A DNA stretch of 62,243 bases, counting the filler, from Platydemus manokwari (lineage: Eukaryota): assembly GCA_037951405.1 (NCBI GenBank). It is 5 parts of 5 records of this genome, joined end to end, with 100 filler letters (N's around TTAATTAATTAA, not from the genome) between each part and the next. Parts side by side here need not be neighbours in the genome. Positions count along the whole stretch, not along the records: positions 1 to 11,272 come from JBBMOY010803314.1; positions 11,373 to 26,492 come from JBBMOY011345871.1; 3 more parts are not named here. One strand, given 5' to 3'. Both the position numbers and the translations under genes were made by a program. The stretch's first letter is position 1. Every line of letters begins with the position of its first letter. The notes under the pieces are model-generated. The model made no database searches. It saw only the letters and a program-made list of their open reading frames with translations, and was not told the DNA's origin. Below, piece by piece: positions 1-13,361 of this stretch.

Positions 1-1195
1 TCGATTTAATTATTTTATTTTCCTTTCATTATTATTTAATTTATTAAACATTTTTATTTAGGGTAATTTATATTACTTTAATTTTTCGTCGCATAGTTTG
101 TTTTTTGATATAACGAATTAATAACAGATAATAGATATTATCACACATTTATGAATCAAACGATGAAGTAGAAACCATCATTCATACAATATTTTTAAAA
201 TAACAATCAGCCATAGAATGATTATAAATAGATAGCGACATTTGATCCATACGATTAAAAGATAATTCAAAAATTTAAAGTTTAATCCTTAACACATTGG
301 AGAATATAAGTTGAATCATTAATTTTTGAAGATTGGTTTAAAACTCAAATATTCAACTGCACTGGCATTGTTGTTAAGATGCCGGGTTTTATATTTAAAT
401 TGTGTTTCATTGTTTTGGTTAGGGTTATGATTGTGGTATTTGAATCGAACTTAAACGATCATATAACAATCAATGGGGCATCAGTGCAGGATATTGGAAA
501 ATCTATTTCAAGAAAGGATTTCTAATCAGGTCCAGATGAATAATTGTAATCGTTCTTCGAAAAAGAGTGGGAAAAGATAAATAAAGCAAATCACACAGTT
601 TCGCTAAAATATTTGCTGAATAGTTACGTCATAATTTCTATAAATTAATTTGTAATTAAATTTGAAAGAACTTCGTGAAAATTTTTTGTAATAAATTTAT
701 AAAACCTATTAAAAACAATCTATCATCAAGTAAAAATTATCGCCCAATTTTCTTACTTGTTTGATTCGAGATCAAGATCTTTGAAAGTGGTTATTTATAA
801 AATAAACTTCCATGTAGATACTCAGATTTTAAATGATAAATTACTATGTATCTTTCAACCACTTTTATCTTGTATCCCATGTGAATTCATAGTTCAGTTT
901 TCAAGCCACTATTAATCATAAAATTCGAAATATCAGCTGTATTTAATTAGAATAGATTTTTATTAATGCAGATGTTGTACTTCGAATTTATTACAGAAAA
1001 TAGTCTTTAAATATTTTTTCCATGTATTTCATTCATATTCTTCGTTCATTTTTCAAGTCATATGCCTGGAAAATGTAATCAAATGATATTTAAATTAATA
1101 TGAAAATAAAATAAACATCTTCATACTGTTCTTGTACTATTTTAATTTTAATTTATTTTTGATATTCTTTATGCTTTGAGTGACGTAATTATTAG

Positions 1196-1479
1196 ATAAA
1201 TGCTTAAACGATGTAGCTGGTCATTACTATATTGGCACCATTGACGTAACAGTTTCCGGCAACAAATGTCAACATTGGAGCTCACAATATCCACACGAGC
1301 ATCATTTTTATTGGAGCAAACAATTTCCAGATGAAAACATCTGGAAAGCTGAGAATTATTGTCGGAATCCATATGATCAAGTAACTGGAAGTCTTAATTC
1401 TAGAAACAAACCGTGGTGTTATACTCGTAACAAGCTGAAGCGATGGGACTTTTGTCAAATCCCGATTTGTAAAGAAGAA
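1196..1479 (+). CDS. Kringle-domain exon of an unidentified secreted or membrane protein
   Basis: After the TAG acceptor at 1193-1195 the frame reads KCLNDVAGHYYIGTIDVTVSGNKCQHWSSQYPHEHHFYWSKQFPDENIWKAENYCRNPYDQVTGSLNSRNKPWCYTRNKLKRWDFCQIPICKEE. All six kringle cysteines are present, with the CQxW, NYCRNP and PWCYT motifs. GT donor at 1480. Absent from the ORF track because it has no start codon. Confidence 0.92.
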
Positions 1480-1713
1480 GTAAAAAATATTGAATACATT
1501 TATCGATATGAATTAAGTTGTTTAGACTGAAGATCACGAATAATGTTGGAGTTGATCAAAGGATATAGAAGTTTAAATTTAAGTATTCAAGTGATACATT
1601 TTGTGCTATTTTTGATTTTTATATTGCTAAATTGTAAAAAACTTAAAATATAAAATAAGAGCTTCACTAATGTGGTAGAAATGTTGTCATTCTAGTTTTA
1701 TGATAATTATTTA

Positions 1714-2259
1714 CCGTGAGATTCATAAGTACCCGTCTCTAAAGCTAAAATAAAAGTAAGAACAATCAAATGTATTGAGTTACTTTAATGCACAGCAAAA
1801 CACAATAACAGTAAGAATAAATAACGGTAAATAATAAGCAATTCCTTCATTCTCTTTTACAACATGACTTTCTCTTTTCTTTCATGACTTCATCAGACGG
1901 TCTTCCTGATTGCAACCTAGTTGGTAAGTTCCCAGTTCCTTCAAACATCAGATTCCAGTATTGAACTGTTGTTCTAGCTGGTGGTGCACGATTGAAATGT
2001 TGTTGAAATTCGTGGCAAGATTTGGCACTACTCTGCTACATTATTGCATGACTAACTATAAACACTATCCGCAAGCGAAAATTTAACATCACCAGCTGCT
2101 TCAGCCATATTGTAATAATGCAACTGATTAATAAGAAATAAAGTACATTAATCAGTGAATAATAATTAATATCAACGGGTATAAATATGTGAGTATAAAT
2201 TATATTGTGTTTTGTTGTTTTATTTTAGTTTTAGAGACGGAAACTTGTGAATCTCATGG
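1714..2259 (-). mobile_element. Internally deleted Tc1/mariner-superfamily element with an N-terminal HTH (DUF4817-like) remnant
   Basis: About 42-bp imperfect TIRs (left CCGTGAGATTCATAAGTACCCGTCTCTAAAGCTAAAATAAAA; right reverse complement CCATGAGATTCACAAGTTTCCGTCTCTAAAACTAAAATAAAA), flanked by TA at 1712-1713 and 2260-2261. The minus strand encodes EFQQHFNRAPPARTTVQYWNLMFEGTGNLPTRLQSGRPS, typical of the F-x-x-x-PP...F-x-x-TG...SGRP N-terminus of these transposases. Confidence 0.85.
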
Positions 2260-2330
2260 TATATATGTGTATTGATATATTAATTTCATTATTCTTATTA
2301 TTCTATGATAATCATTTTCTCATATTGTAG

Positions 2331-2947
2331 ATCGATACAATCTTGTCACTCAAGAATCATCAGATGCCTCATTACGTCATTTCGTAAATCGATATTATTC
2401 CACTGAACATACCAATTCCAGAAAAGACCAAAGAATGAATATTGGTAGGTCTCCTCTGTTATCTTATCAATTTTCTACTGAATCTTCACCATCCGACTCG
2501 CAAAGCCGTCGACCGATTCTCGATCCACTGGGAACTAGAGTGAGTTTTAAAAACGAAATAGCCATTGTAGAACCAGATATCATGACTCATCGATTGGAGA
2601 TGGATTCCAAGAATGACTACAATGATCCAAAGACATTCGAAATCTCCGATATCAATCCTTCCATTGAAAAAATGCGAACGGTTCTTCTGCGAACTGAGAA
2701 TCATCATATTGATTCAATAAACACAAATGGTCACTTTACAGTAGCCACCCCTATTCTGAACCAGAACGGACACAAAGAAAACACATTCATCATTATGGAA
2801 AAGCCTAATAATGCGACTAAAACTGTAAATATTGACCAATTGGAAGGCCACAGTGAAGAAATGTCTCATTTAGCCCTTAATTATGTGAATATAAGCAGTT
2901 TTGATGAGAATATTAGCGAAGATGATCGACTTTGTTCTCAAGTTTAA
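2331..2947 (+). CDS. Probable terminal coding exon encoding a Ser/Asn/Asp-rich unstructured tail; may belong to the kringle gene
   Basis: Acceptor ttttctcatattgtag ends at 2330. A phase-1 open frame of about 204 codons includes ORF 2435-2947 and ends at TAA. Such a long open frame is unlikely by chance in this AT-rich DNA. No domain recognised. Confidence 0.6.
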
Positions 2948-3522
2948 TAACTTCCTCGTTTAAATTTCATATTAATCCAAATGGGTCTGTTATAAATTAA
3001 TGTGTAATGATAACGTTTATTGGGTTTGTAATGTTTCCAAAAATTTTTTAAAAATAATTTGTTTTATTGATTTCTTAATATATACATATAATGGAAAAAA
3101 CCTCTATTTGCTTGTATATTTTTAAATACAAATTTAACCTTGATAATATTGATTGACATCTGAATTATCGGAAAATCATTCATCACCTTTTTAATTTAAT
3201 TCAATTATCGATAGAATTCAAATCTATATTTTTAACATCATTCAATATTATTATTGTACTTATTCGATTAAAGACCGCGATGCTTATTTGATTTATTGAT
3301 TTTTGGGTGCAATTGGCACAAACTTTATATTCCAACGAAATAAAATTACAGAAATATCAAACAGTATTGGAAATTGTTTAGATATCCCTGAAAATAAAAG
3401 TATTAATTTATCCATTGCAGTTTGGTTTCTTTGCAATAGCCAAAAACAGTAAATTTCTGTATTTGGTTTTGGTGTTGGATTTATTCGATTTGTTAATTTT
3501 TCGCGAAAATCTCTCCTTTTCA

Positions 3523-4188
3523 AGTTACTGGGATAGCACCAGGTTTATAATTCGAGGAAGAATTAAAAAAAAGAAATCAAATCAAGTGCAGTGACAGAGA
3601 AAACTCATAGTAATTCAAGAAGAATTCCAAGGAAATATAATCATTGGAAAAAACAAAAAGGGTATGACGTGTGTGATAAAAAGATCGAAAATATTTATAT
3701 AAACCATCGGAATAACTTTCAAAGGGATGCCACACTACAGTACAGAGGCACGCGTGCTAGTAACCAATCATAGGCATTTAAATTATCAGTCTCTGATTTT
3801 CTCTCGATTATCGATTTTGATGCACACAAACGACATGTAACGAACATCATGATACACCAATAACATAAGAAATAAAAGGATATTTGTCAATGGATTAGTG
3901 TCCTTACGATTTGAACAAATGAAAATCTAACCTGAAAGACAGATCTATAAACTCGATATTGTATAAGAGAAGTTCAACTTCGATAATAACATCCAGTCTT
4001 TCATGGTCATTAAGTTTTGTCGTTATTTTTATTTTTCTAGTGCTAAATCATTTGGAACTTTCGAATTCTTTGAGTAACTTAAATTTATGATCCTTGATTG
4101 TTGCACGTTAATGATCTTATTGAATTTGTGTGAACTGTTGTTTTACAATTATAATCTTGGGTATTCAGTTTAAGCAGTTATCGTAACA
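3523..4188 (+). mobile_element. Probable solo LTR
   Basis: Begins aGTTAC and ends CGTAACA (LTR-like inverted termini). Internal TATAA at 3962 with CCAGT 31 nt later. A-rich 5' half and T-rich 3' half. Confidence 0.4.
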
Positions 4189-7100
4189 ACTATAAGACTT
4201 GTCTTCTGTGAGACTTCTCGTTTGTGTGTATTGATATCGATACACGAGGCTTGCGCTTATATAATTCTATATTTTTGGATTGGAAAATAGTTTTCAAAAT
4301 TTATCTTAAGTTTGGATTTATTGATTACATTTTCCAACCGCAATGATAGTTTAATCAATTAAAATCGGAATTTATTCGAAAATTTTGTTTGGTTTACCCA
4401 CCAAAATTGTAATCCTAAAATTAAAAAAATCCTAAAACTCATTCTGAATGTGAAATCATATATTTAAACAAAACGTTTTAAAAATTCGATAGAAAACGTT
4501 GCATGTCAAAAATTAACTCATAGAGATTGTAAACGATATAAAACAGAGAGAAAATACTGGTGTAAAATCGGACATAATTCTGAATAAAATCAGCGATAGC
4601 AGAGGAAAATAGATGTGGCCCGTTCTTGGATTTAATAAACTTAAAAAATACTCAGTCCCAAATAAGCAAATTTATTAAAATTTTAATGATGCTAAAAGTC
4701 TAATTTAATTACAAACCTGTAAAGATGGCTGAGCTCAATCGTTTATTATTGTCAAAAATATTTTGCATTTTAATTTTAATACTGGTTTTTCATCCGTGAA
4801 AATAATCGTCCGCCGAGCTTCCTTGTAAACAATTAATAAAACAATAATAGAATACGATTCTTGCTTCGCACGAGTAATAAATTTATAAAGTATTATTAAC
4901 AAAATGATAAGTCGAAGCATTAATTTTGCATAAAATCTTGATGTTTCTCTCCTAAATTTATGATACAACTTTATGATACAACCGAAGTCAATATAATAAG
5001 ATTTTCGTTGGCGGTCAGATAATCTTACGAATAATTTGAAATCAAAACTATATTATAAGTAAATGAAGTGACAAACTTCATTTTAATGAATTGAATACGT
5101 ACAAGTACAATACATTGATTCCTTTTCGTTTACAGTTACTATCGTGATAAATAATAAATACATTCTTTGATGATTTTCCATCGTCAAATCCAAAGTCCCT
5201 GCCTAAATTTTCCTAATTTCAAAGATAAATAATTAATCTCTTTTATAAAGGCGATGCAAAAGATAGATTGAATTCGTTCTGAGAGACGGCAATAGAAACA
5301 GAATGCGCTTCTCTAGTTTTTGAGATGTATGTTAATAATTTAATCCATTCGATTATTTTTATCACTTCGGAAACTGACGGAGTGGAATGATAGTAGTACA
5401 TAAATGGTTTTTGTTTGATGAAAATATCGTCAGGGATTTATTATTTTTCGATTGTATTTATGTTTTAATGTTGATTACGATTATAAGAATTGTTATTTTG
5501 AAAATTTGTTATTAAATCTTTTCGAATTTTTATAGATAATAAAATCCACATCAAATAGAAGTAAATAAATCAAGAAAATTGTATTTAAGAAATTTTTCAA
5601 ATTATAACGTGATTTCTAAGATATTGAATTTCAGCTCAACGATAAGTTTATCCTACTCATCAATAATATACCAGTAATCCGGTTCAAATTTAAAATCCAA
5701 TATCGGTCTAACATTAAAATTTATATGGCCGTAATATCAACTAAATATTTCTGAGTTTCTGAGCCAAATCAAGTGCCATGCATAGACGCTTTTTAGGTCC
5801 ACCTATCCACTTTTGATTCATCTATTACGATCTTTATTTGCTGTAAAAAATTTGCTTACAAAACATAGTATACCGACTCTAATATATATATATGGTTATA
5901 AATATTCATTACAACATTGTTGTTTTATTGTTTTGATTGTTTTGTAGTTTTTAGTTTCTTCAAAAATAAATATCATCGAATCATAAAAACGACACCGCTC
6001 GAGAAATCGTGTATTTGATAAAGATAAAATTATCTAGTAACTAGAGTTATAATAATAAACAGACTTGTGTCATTATATCGTAACTATCGTATTTACATAT
6101 TGAAACAGCTATAGCTAATAAGAATTGTGATTAGAATACAATTTAGGAAAAACAATATTAATGACGATTTCGCTGTTACAAAGACTAACACAGAGTGAAA
6201 TCTGATAAGTTAAATCTTTAAATCAGTAAAATTTTCCAGCACTATAGTCATCATACTTGCTACTGAAAACCCTTTACGAACAAAACAGAAACCATAACAA
6301 CCTAATCTAATAAGTTCATTGAGTTTTAATAATTAGGATTGTACGAGGTCTTTATGATGAATGTTGTATCTCCAGATTGTGTTATAATTTTGACCGATAT
6401 ATTTTTGTGGTTTTTAAAATTGTGCCCTAATTTGGTATTTCTAAATCTGTGCGATACTGTTAATTTTTTATGTGATATATGTTCGATATTTTCGAACTAT
6501 TATTATTATTATTAATTAATTATAATCTTTAAATATCTATGCTTGCCTATGTCTATCTGTTATTTTTCTTTCGTTTTCCATTGTATTTTTTATTTAAGAT
6601 ATAATCTTTAATGTTCTTATTTGATAAATATTTGTTTACTTTTAAATTATATTTTTTACCTTTACTTTAATTTTCTTATTTTCAGGACAAAAATATTGAC
6701 ACATAAAATAAAACAACATAATAAATAACGGTTAATTTATCATTTAAGAAAATTGTATAATTAAATAAAGAATTTATTAATAATATAAGTTAATTAAATA
6801 ACACAAATTGAATTTAATATTAAATTAAATCGCCCATTGCGACTGGTAAAAGAAATGGTGTTCAAACTAATGAGAGAAACATTTTTTTGTTTTAATGCAT
6901 AATTTGCAATCCTGTTAGCCTATTTATGCATTGAAAGTAGCAAATCATTCGAAATTCACAAGCGCATTTATTGGTCTTACAGTATAAATTTTTTTTGGGT
7001 TACTGTAACTGATTATTTATTGATACTTAAAATTCTATCCAACAGTTAATTCCACCAATAGGCTTTATATACGGATTGGTGATACCTTCAGTTTCGTACC

Positions 7101-10100
7101 ATTTTCTATAAAAACCTTTTATACCTAAAATAATACTCCTAGCAATTGTGGAAGCCCTCATAAAGTTCTGAGGTTATTTGAAAATAGAAGCTATTATAAA
7201 CTTTTTGGAATGAAGTGAATATCAAAAAATTAAAGATGATCCACATTTCTGGAAGTAAATAGGTTTTCGATATTATTATACAAGTCCTTGTTTATTATTA
7301 GACTTTATCCATCGAAACATTTTTTCAATAATATTAAAATTATAAAAATGTGTCGTTTTTAAAACAAAAATATCGAATTTTTGTAAAACTCTTATCTTCA
7401 ACAGTGATTAACTGTTATCTTCACTCCTTGATTTATCATTGAAATTAGAACTTTAATTTGAGGAATATTTTTTTTGAGGAACCACTAACCACATAAAAAG
7501 AAAACCTAGAATTTATTGTAAGGTATGAGTGGCTATAGGTTTTATTTTATTAGATCCAGCTAGCCGAGCATGATATTTAGTAAAAACTAGGATTTATAAA
7601 GTCAAACATGATTATCTATAAATTCAAAATAAAAGGGGAATTTATTATTTATTCTTTAAATTTATTTTATAACTCAAAAAAATCCATTCAAACTCACCGA
7701 TAATCATCCAAACTATGTAGATCAAAATTTTCATCGGCTTCATTTCGAATTGTAGATATGTAAATGATGACTTGAATAAAATCAAGTTATATTAGTCAAT
7801 GAGCTCAACTTAATTGCTTAGATTTGTTGTGGCTACTATATGTGATATCATTAAAAACATAACAAGATTTATTTCTAAATTGTAAATCAAATTGACTGAT
7901 GTTCAAATCAATAATCGAAATTTGCTCCACTCATCAGATTATTCATTCGGCATACAAAAAGTTGGCGCTAAATATGAAAAATTCAACCAAAATAAGATAT
8001 ATTACTTGGATTGGGATTTCAAGAATAAAGTTAATTAGACTTTTGCATTCCCTTATGTGAATACTTCTGTTAGTTGTATAATAGAGCTATTATCAGCCAT
8101 GTTTATTTAGTATCAAACAAGAAACTTGTTTCTCCTAATAATAATAGAACTTATTAATCTAAAATTAATACATCTGTGAGGAATTTTGAAAATATAATTA
8201 AAATTTAAAAAACATAAAAATATAATATTTACTTTTATAAAATACAAATTCTGATCAAGATACATATTATTTTAAACCCTCTTGGAAATTTGTTTAAATA
8301 ATTTATTTAATTGGATATATTTTTGAAACCTTTATGATAAGAGAAATCAATACTTCAGATAATAAGCTAACTACCGATGCCAATTCAATCTGTCCCAAAT
8401 AAAATAACAAACAAGGGGAACAAGCATAAATTTTTGGGTTCTTAGTTTCCGTAACTATTGTACTAAAAAGTTTTTTTTTTAAATTGCTCTATTTATTTTT
8501 TCATTGAACAAATCAAAATATTTCAGAGAATATCACTTCAATATCAGTTTTAGGAAATACAAATCCATATTGCTAAAGTACTTTTATCGTAGTCAACATG
8601 TTTATAAAAAGAGTTTAATATGTTTACAATAGAATTTATCATGTCAAATATAACCACAGGTTTTTTAGAATATGGATTTCATCCGAGACATTCAATTGCA
8701 AAAGACAATACTAAAGCTACTGCTAAATTTCAGAGTTGTTATTAAATAGGTATCTGATAAAAATACGTGTTAGAAACACTAACATGTGGATATAAAAAAA
8801 TGCTATTGAAATTTTTAGCCATTTTAAATGAATTTCAAGACTGTTTGAAAGTTATTTTGAAATAAGTGTTATTTTAAAATAAATGGATATTTAAATTTAA
8901 AGTGTTTTTAATATATAATTATCGAAAATATTAGTGAGCTCAGAATTAGAACAAAACGATCTATTTTATTGCTGTTAGTTTCGGAAAAAGTATTGGAACA
9001 ATAAATAATAAGTTTAAAATAATTATTAACTTTTATCGACCACAGACGTTTTACATTATTAAACTATAAACATTTTGACAACAGGAAAGTTTTCTTGTTC
9101 ATGTCAGTGTATACCGGAAATTTGGTTAAGAGTCACATAGACATTTATAGTTCATTAAGTTTGGCAACACAATTCAAAAAATATATGGATACCAATTAAA
9201 ATAACAATAATAACAAAATATCAACAACTGTTCTCTTCCTCTGAACGAATACCGAAATAACATGAATTTTAATCGAGTTCTAAAAGAGAAAACAATAAAC
9301 AGCGTAAAATGCAATTGGCATCGTACTATAAAGTGGTCAACTGTGAGACGCTCACCAAAGGCTAAAATTTCAAACCAATAACAGTTATATCCTGGGTTCA
9401 ATCAACAATGAAATACTCTTCTAACCGTTCGTTCCTAAATTCGTTGAAAGTCAATAAGTCAATTATTTTTATCAATATGTGGCATAAAGATACTTAAAAA
9501 CCATAAATAAAAATAAATATGATAGATACTCATGTCTTAAAAATTTAAGGAACCAGCAATTTTAATAATATAAATTTACAATTTAAGTGTTTGATGCTGA
9601 TTAAGTGATACTTAAATAATAAAGAAACCTTTGAATTATTCCGCCGAACCATGTTAAAGGATGGAAAGTTTAATTAGCTACCTAATTTTGAAAAACAATT
9701 CCACGAAATACATTGAAATGCTCAGAACTATTGTTTTCAAAAAATATTATCCAATTTAGTATAACAATAACACAGGTAATAATAAAATTTCAATTTCTGT
9801 GAATATCGTACCCAAAAAAAGTTCATTCATTAATGTTAGCCATAAAGATTTCTTGATGGGTCGATTATTATTTGCATCAGTCTGATAACTCTAGACGGAT
9901 TTCAAAACCGTATAACCAATAATTACCATTTGTTATTCGAGCTTATTTCTTGTCGTAACCACACATTGTGGCTGAATTCGTGTACCATACCAATATGCCT
10001 TTTACCATTTAAAATTACTATTTGTAGCAATTCATGAATAAAAATCTCATTGAAAATCCCCACTAGATTTAGCAAATACAATGATATTTAAATGTCATTA

Positions 10101-11272
10101 AACACTGTTAATTACGCTAGTCTTAGTCAACAGAGGGCTGGAAATTGAACACCCTTAAACTGATGTAGCAAACAGATAAGATAAATATGGCTGACAAAAC
10201 CAAAAAAGAGGAGAACAAAAGAAAAGGAAAAATATTTAATACAAAAATCTAATCTTTTAAAATTTCTAACAGCCAAATGGGTAATTTTTGTGTTGATTTT
10301 ACTGACGTCTTAATAGCAATAATAATTAATATATTATGAGTACAGGATCATCTCCTGCAAAGAGGGTTGATTTGACATACAACTTTAAATGAAAATCTAT
10401 ATAAACAAGTTCTACACACCTTTAAAATGAAAATTCCATTACTTGTTCCTCTCGTTTTGAATCAAAGACCGTAACATTAACTCCAACGCTTGTATTTTTC
10501 CTACAGGCTCTCTTTATGGCAAGATAGTCTTAACGTTAAAATCAACAACGTTACATTTGACGCAAAGTTTTGTGATCGTATCATTGATCGAGTATTGCAA
10601 AAAATAATAACTGCTGCACCATTAATAAAGTTTAGCTGTCTTCATTTCGGTGATTTAGATCTGGAATTTTCAATTTGAAAGGAACCAGATTATTAATTTA
10701 CTTATCACCATAATCTTATTCAACAAAATGTTAAATAAAACTTATGAACAAAAATCGAGTGAAACCTGATAATTACTACAATAATAATTACATTACATTT
10801 TGTATATGTTTATTTTAATTAATTATAAATTATCGATTAAATCAACAAAGGATAATCACAAAGAAACTCAATTTACAAAAGGATCCAATAAAGTATTTCT
10901 AAAAAATTGAAATATCATTTTATGTAATGATAACCACAAATACTTTCTCTAAATAATAATTCTATTTTCAAATATTTTTTGGGTTTTAGGAAATTGACAA
11001 TTGCTTGAATTCTTCATTAATTATCAATGTATAAACGTAGTCAATTTTTGTTATTGACTGTAAAAATGGGAATCGTGAATATTTATTTTTATTCATTATT
11101 TTTATTCTCTTCAATGTGCAATAATTCCGAGACTAAAAGTCAAAATAATTTTTAAATTAGAATTGGCGAGGTGTTAATTACGATATAAAATATAGTTTAT
11201 ATTGGGTCTATAACTTAATAACCGGAATTTGACACCAGATGTAAACACTTGTGTGTGTGCTGTAGCAAATCA

Positions 11273-11372
11273 NNNNNNNNNNNNNNNNNNNNNNNNNNNN
11301 NNNNNNNNNNNNNNNNTTAATTAATTAANNNNNNNNNNNNNNNNNNNNNNNNNNNNNNNNNNNNNNNNNNNN
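11273..11372. other. Artificial assembly spacer (44 N + TTAATTAATTAA + 44 N)
   Basis: The identical 100-bp structure occurs four times. TTAATTAATTAA gives stops in all six frames. Confidence 0.98.
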
Positions 11373-11735
11373 TTTTTAAATTTAAATTTTTATAATTATA
11401 AATCAAGTTAGTTAATTACAGATATGTTTAATAATATCATTGGTTATTTTTATAAAATAATTGTATAAATTGTGAATATCTCTCAATTTGCTTCTGAAGT
11501 TAAAAAAGAGGTCCCCGCTAATTTTCAATAAATTGCTATTCGACATACTTTTATCACAATTTTTCAAATAATCAAATTTTAGGAGATTTTGAAGCACTAG
11601 TTTATTAGATATAATTTATTTCAAACAACTAAAATTCTTCTGAAGTACTTAAATAAAAATTCAAAATATTTTTAAAGAATTTAATTAAATAAACTATATA
11701 GAATTTTGTATTACACTCAATAAATTTAAAATTTT
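11373..11735 (+). repeat. Partial copy of the ~600-bp MITE family, truncated by the gap
   Basis: Aligns by eye to about 23835-24190 and 62154-62243 (shared GTTAGTTAATTACAGAYATGTTTAAT...ATCATTGGTTATTTTTATAAAATAATT). Confidence 0.85.
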
Positions 11736-12852
11736 ACTTTTAATTTTAATGTTATTATTATTATCAAAACTATTGCTTTGTAATATCATTAATATTACTA
11801 TTTTTCTTATTATAATTTTATAATTATTATAATTAAGATTATATTACTGAAAATTAGTATTTGAAGCTGAAAGCAAATCAATTTATTGAATTTGTGGATT
11901 GCGTTGATAAGTAAATCTGTTTCAAATGGTCAAACGGATTTCAAATAAATTTTTCCAACAGCTTTTAGAAATTAACAGGCTTATCTTGGCGGTGTTATTT
12001 TTACAAAAAGCAGCTTAAGCGAATAGTGAAGTTGAGCCACAATCAAATAATGAAGCTAGCACATAATAATATTAATAACAATGAAAATAATAATAATTAT
12101 TAGCTGCAGCTATTTCATTAAATCTGATTTGTAAACGATTAGTAGAAATATTTAATTTAAATATTCATATCTTTCATATTTTGTCACATTCTTCACATTC
12201 GTTGTCATTGAATTCAATTTTAGTCGGTTTTTTGTTTATCTATTTGTATTCTCGACATTTTCTGCATATACAATGTTAGTCGCTACTATTTTAAAAAGCA
12301 AACATTAAAAAACGAACTGAAAACTTAAGACAGAAAAAATCTATGTCAATACAAATATTTAAACAAAAAATCTAATTTTATATTAATATGATTTTTTATT
12401 AAATTAGAATTTATTTGAACAAAATTTGAATTTAAAGTGAATTAATGATGGTTTTGAATTAAATTTAAATTTATATTTTAATTCATATACAATATCTCAC
12501 ATATTTTATTGCCTATTTAAGCTGTTTCTATATTATGAAACTCGCATTGAAAACGAATTGAAAAAACAAAACACATAGAATATTTAACCAAATTATTTAA
12601 ACAAGCAAAATCGATAATTTACATTTTTAATATAAATTTCTATTACAAATCTTTTAAATTTTAATTCATTCAAGACTCCCCACAGTTTATATCTCCTATT
12701 TTTCTCTTCTGATCTTCTAATCTGTTATATTATCTATTTTATGTAATTTATTTTGTGTCGATCTTCTCAGAATCGAATCCGAATGTGTGATCTAAGTGTT
12801 ATCTGCACTATCTCAACAAATACGCTTTGAAATCTAACAATTTTTCGAATTA

Positions 12853-13361
12853 CCGTAGATTATGTGTAATAAGACTTTTTTGCAAAAAAATTCAGAGGTC
12901 TTAATAGGTGTAGTCAGAAACTTGGCTCGCTGAATCAATCATTAATGCATGTGATTAGCTAGTTTTCTGCCGTTATTCAGCGGCTTTATGATGCTACACA
13001 ACAAATTTATATTTAAGCTATCAAATTTGCGTTCAACTTTCTGATTCCCCTAAAATGACTGAAAGCCGAAATTCCTATACTGCAAGATACAAGCTAAAAC
13101 TGGTTGAATTTGACAAAATTAGCTTTGATAATTATGCTATTTTTGCACAAAGTGATTCTTCAGACACGGATGATGAGGAAATTGAAGAATTAGATACAAA
13201 GCTGATTAATCAACACTTGGAAACAGAAGATATGTTTGAGAGTGAAGAAGAATTTTATGGTTTCTATGACGAATAAAATAATTTAGGTTTTTCCAAAATT
13301 TTTGATCTAAAAATGAGGGGCATCTTAATAGATGTGGGGTCTTAATACGTGTAATTTACGG
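12853..13361 (+). mobile_element. Internally deleted pogo-type (POGK/Passer-like) DNA transposon
   Basis: TA|CCGTA...TACGG|TA termini with 23-bp imperfect TIRs (18/23 match). ORF 13055-13276 joins a Brinker-type DBD start (RNSYTARYKLKLVEF) to the acidic pogo-type C-terminal tail (SDTDDEE...ESEEEFYGF). Confidence 0.85.

Noticed and set aside
2235-2258. Apparent 22-24 nt micro-exon between the kringle exon and exon 2331
   Set aside because: It lies inside the right TIR of the 1714-2259 transposon and mirrors the left TIR.
11317-11328. TTAATTAATTAA palindrome recurring four times as a possible regulatory or recombination site
   Set aside because: Always centred in exactly 44 + 44 Ns, so it is a synthetic linker.
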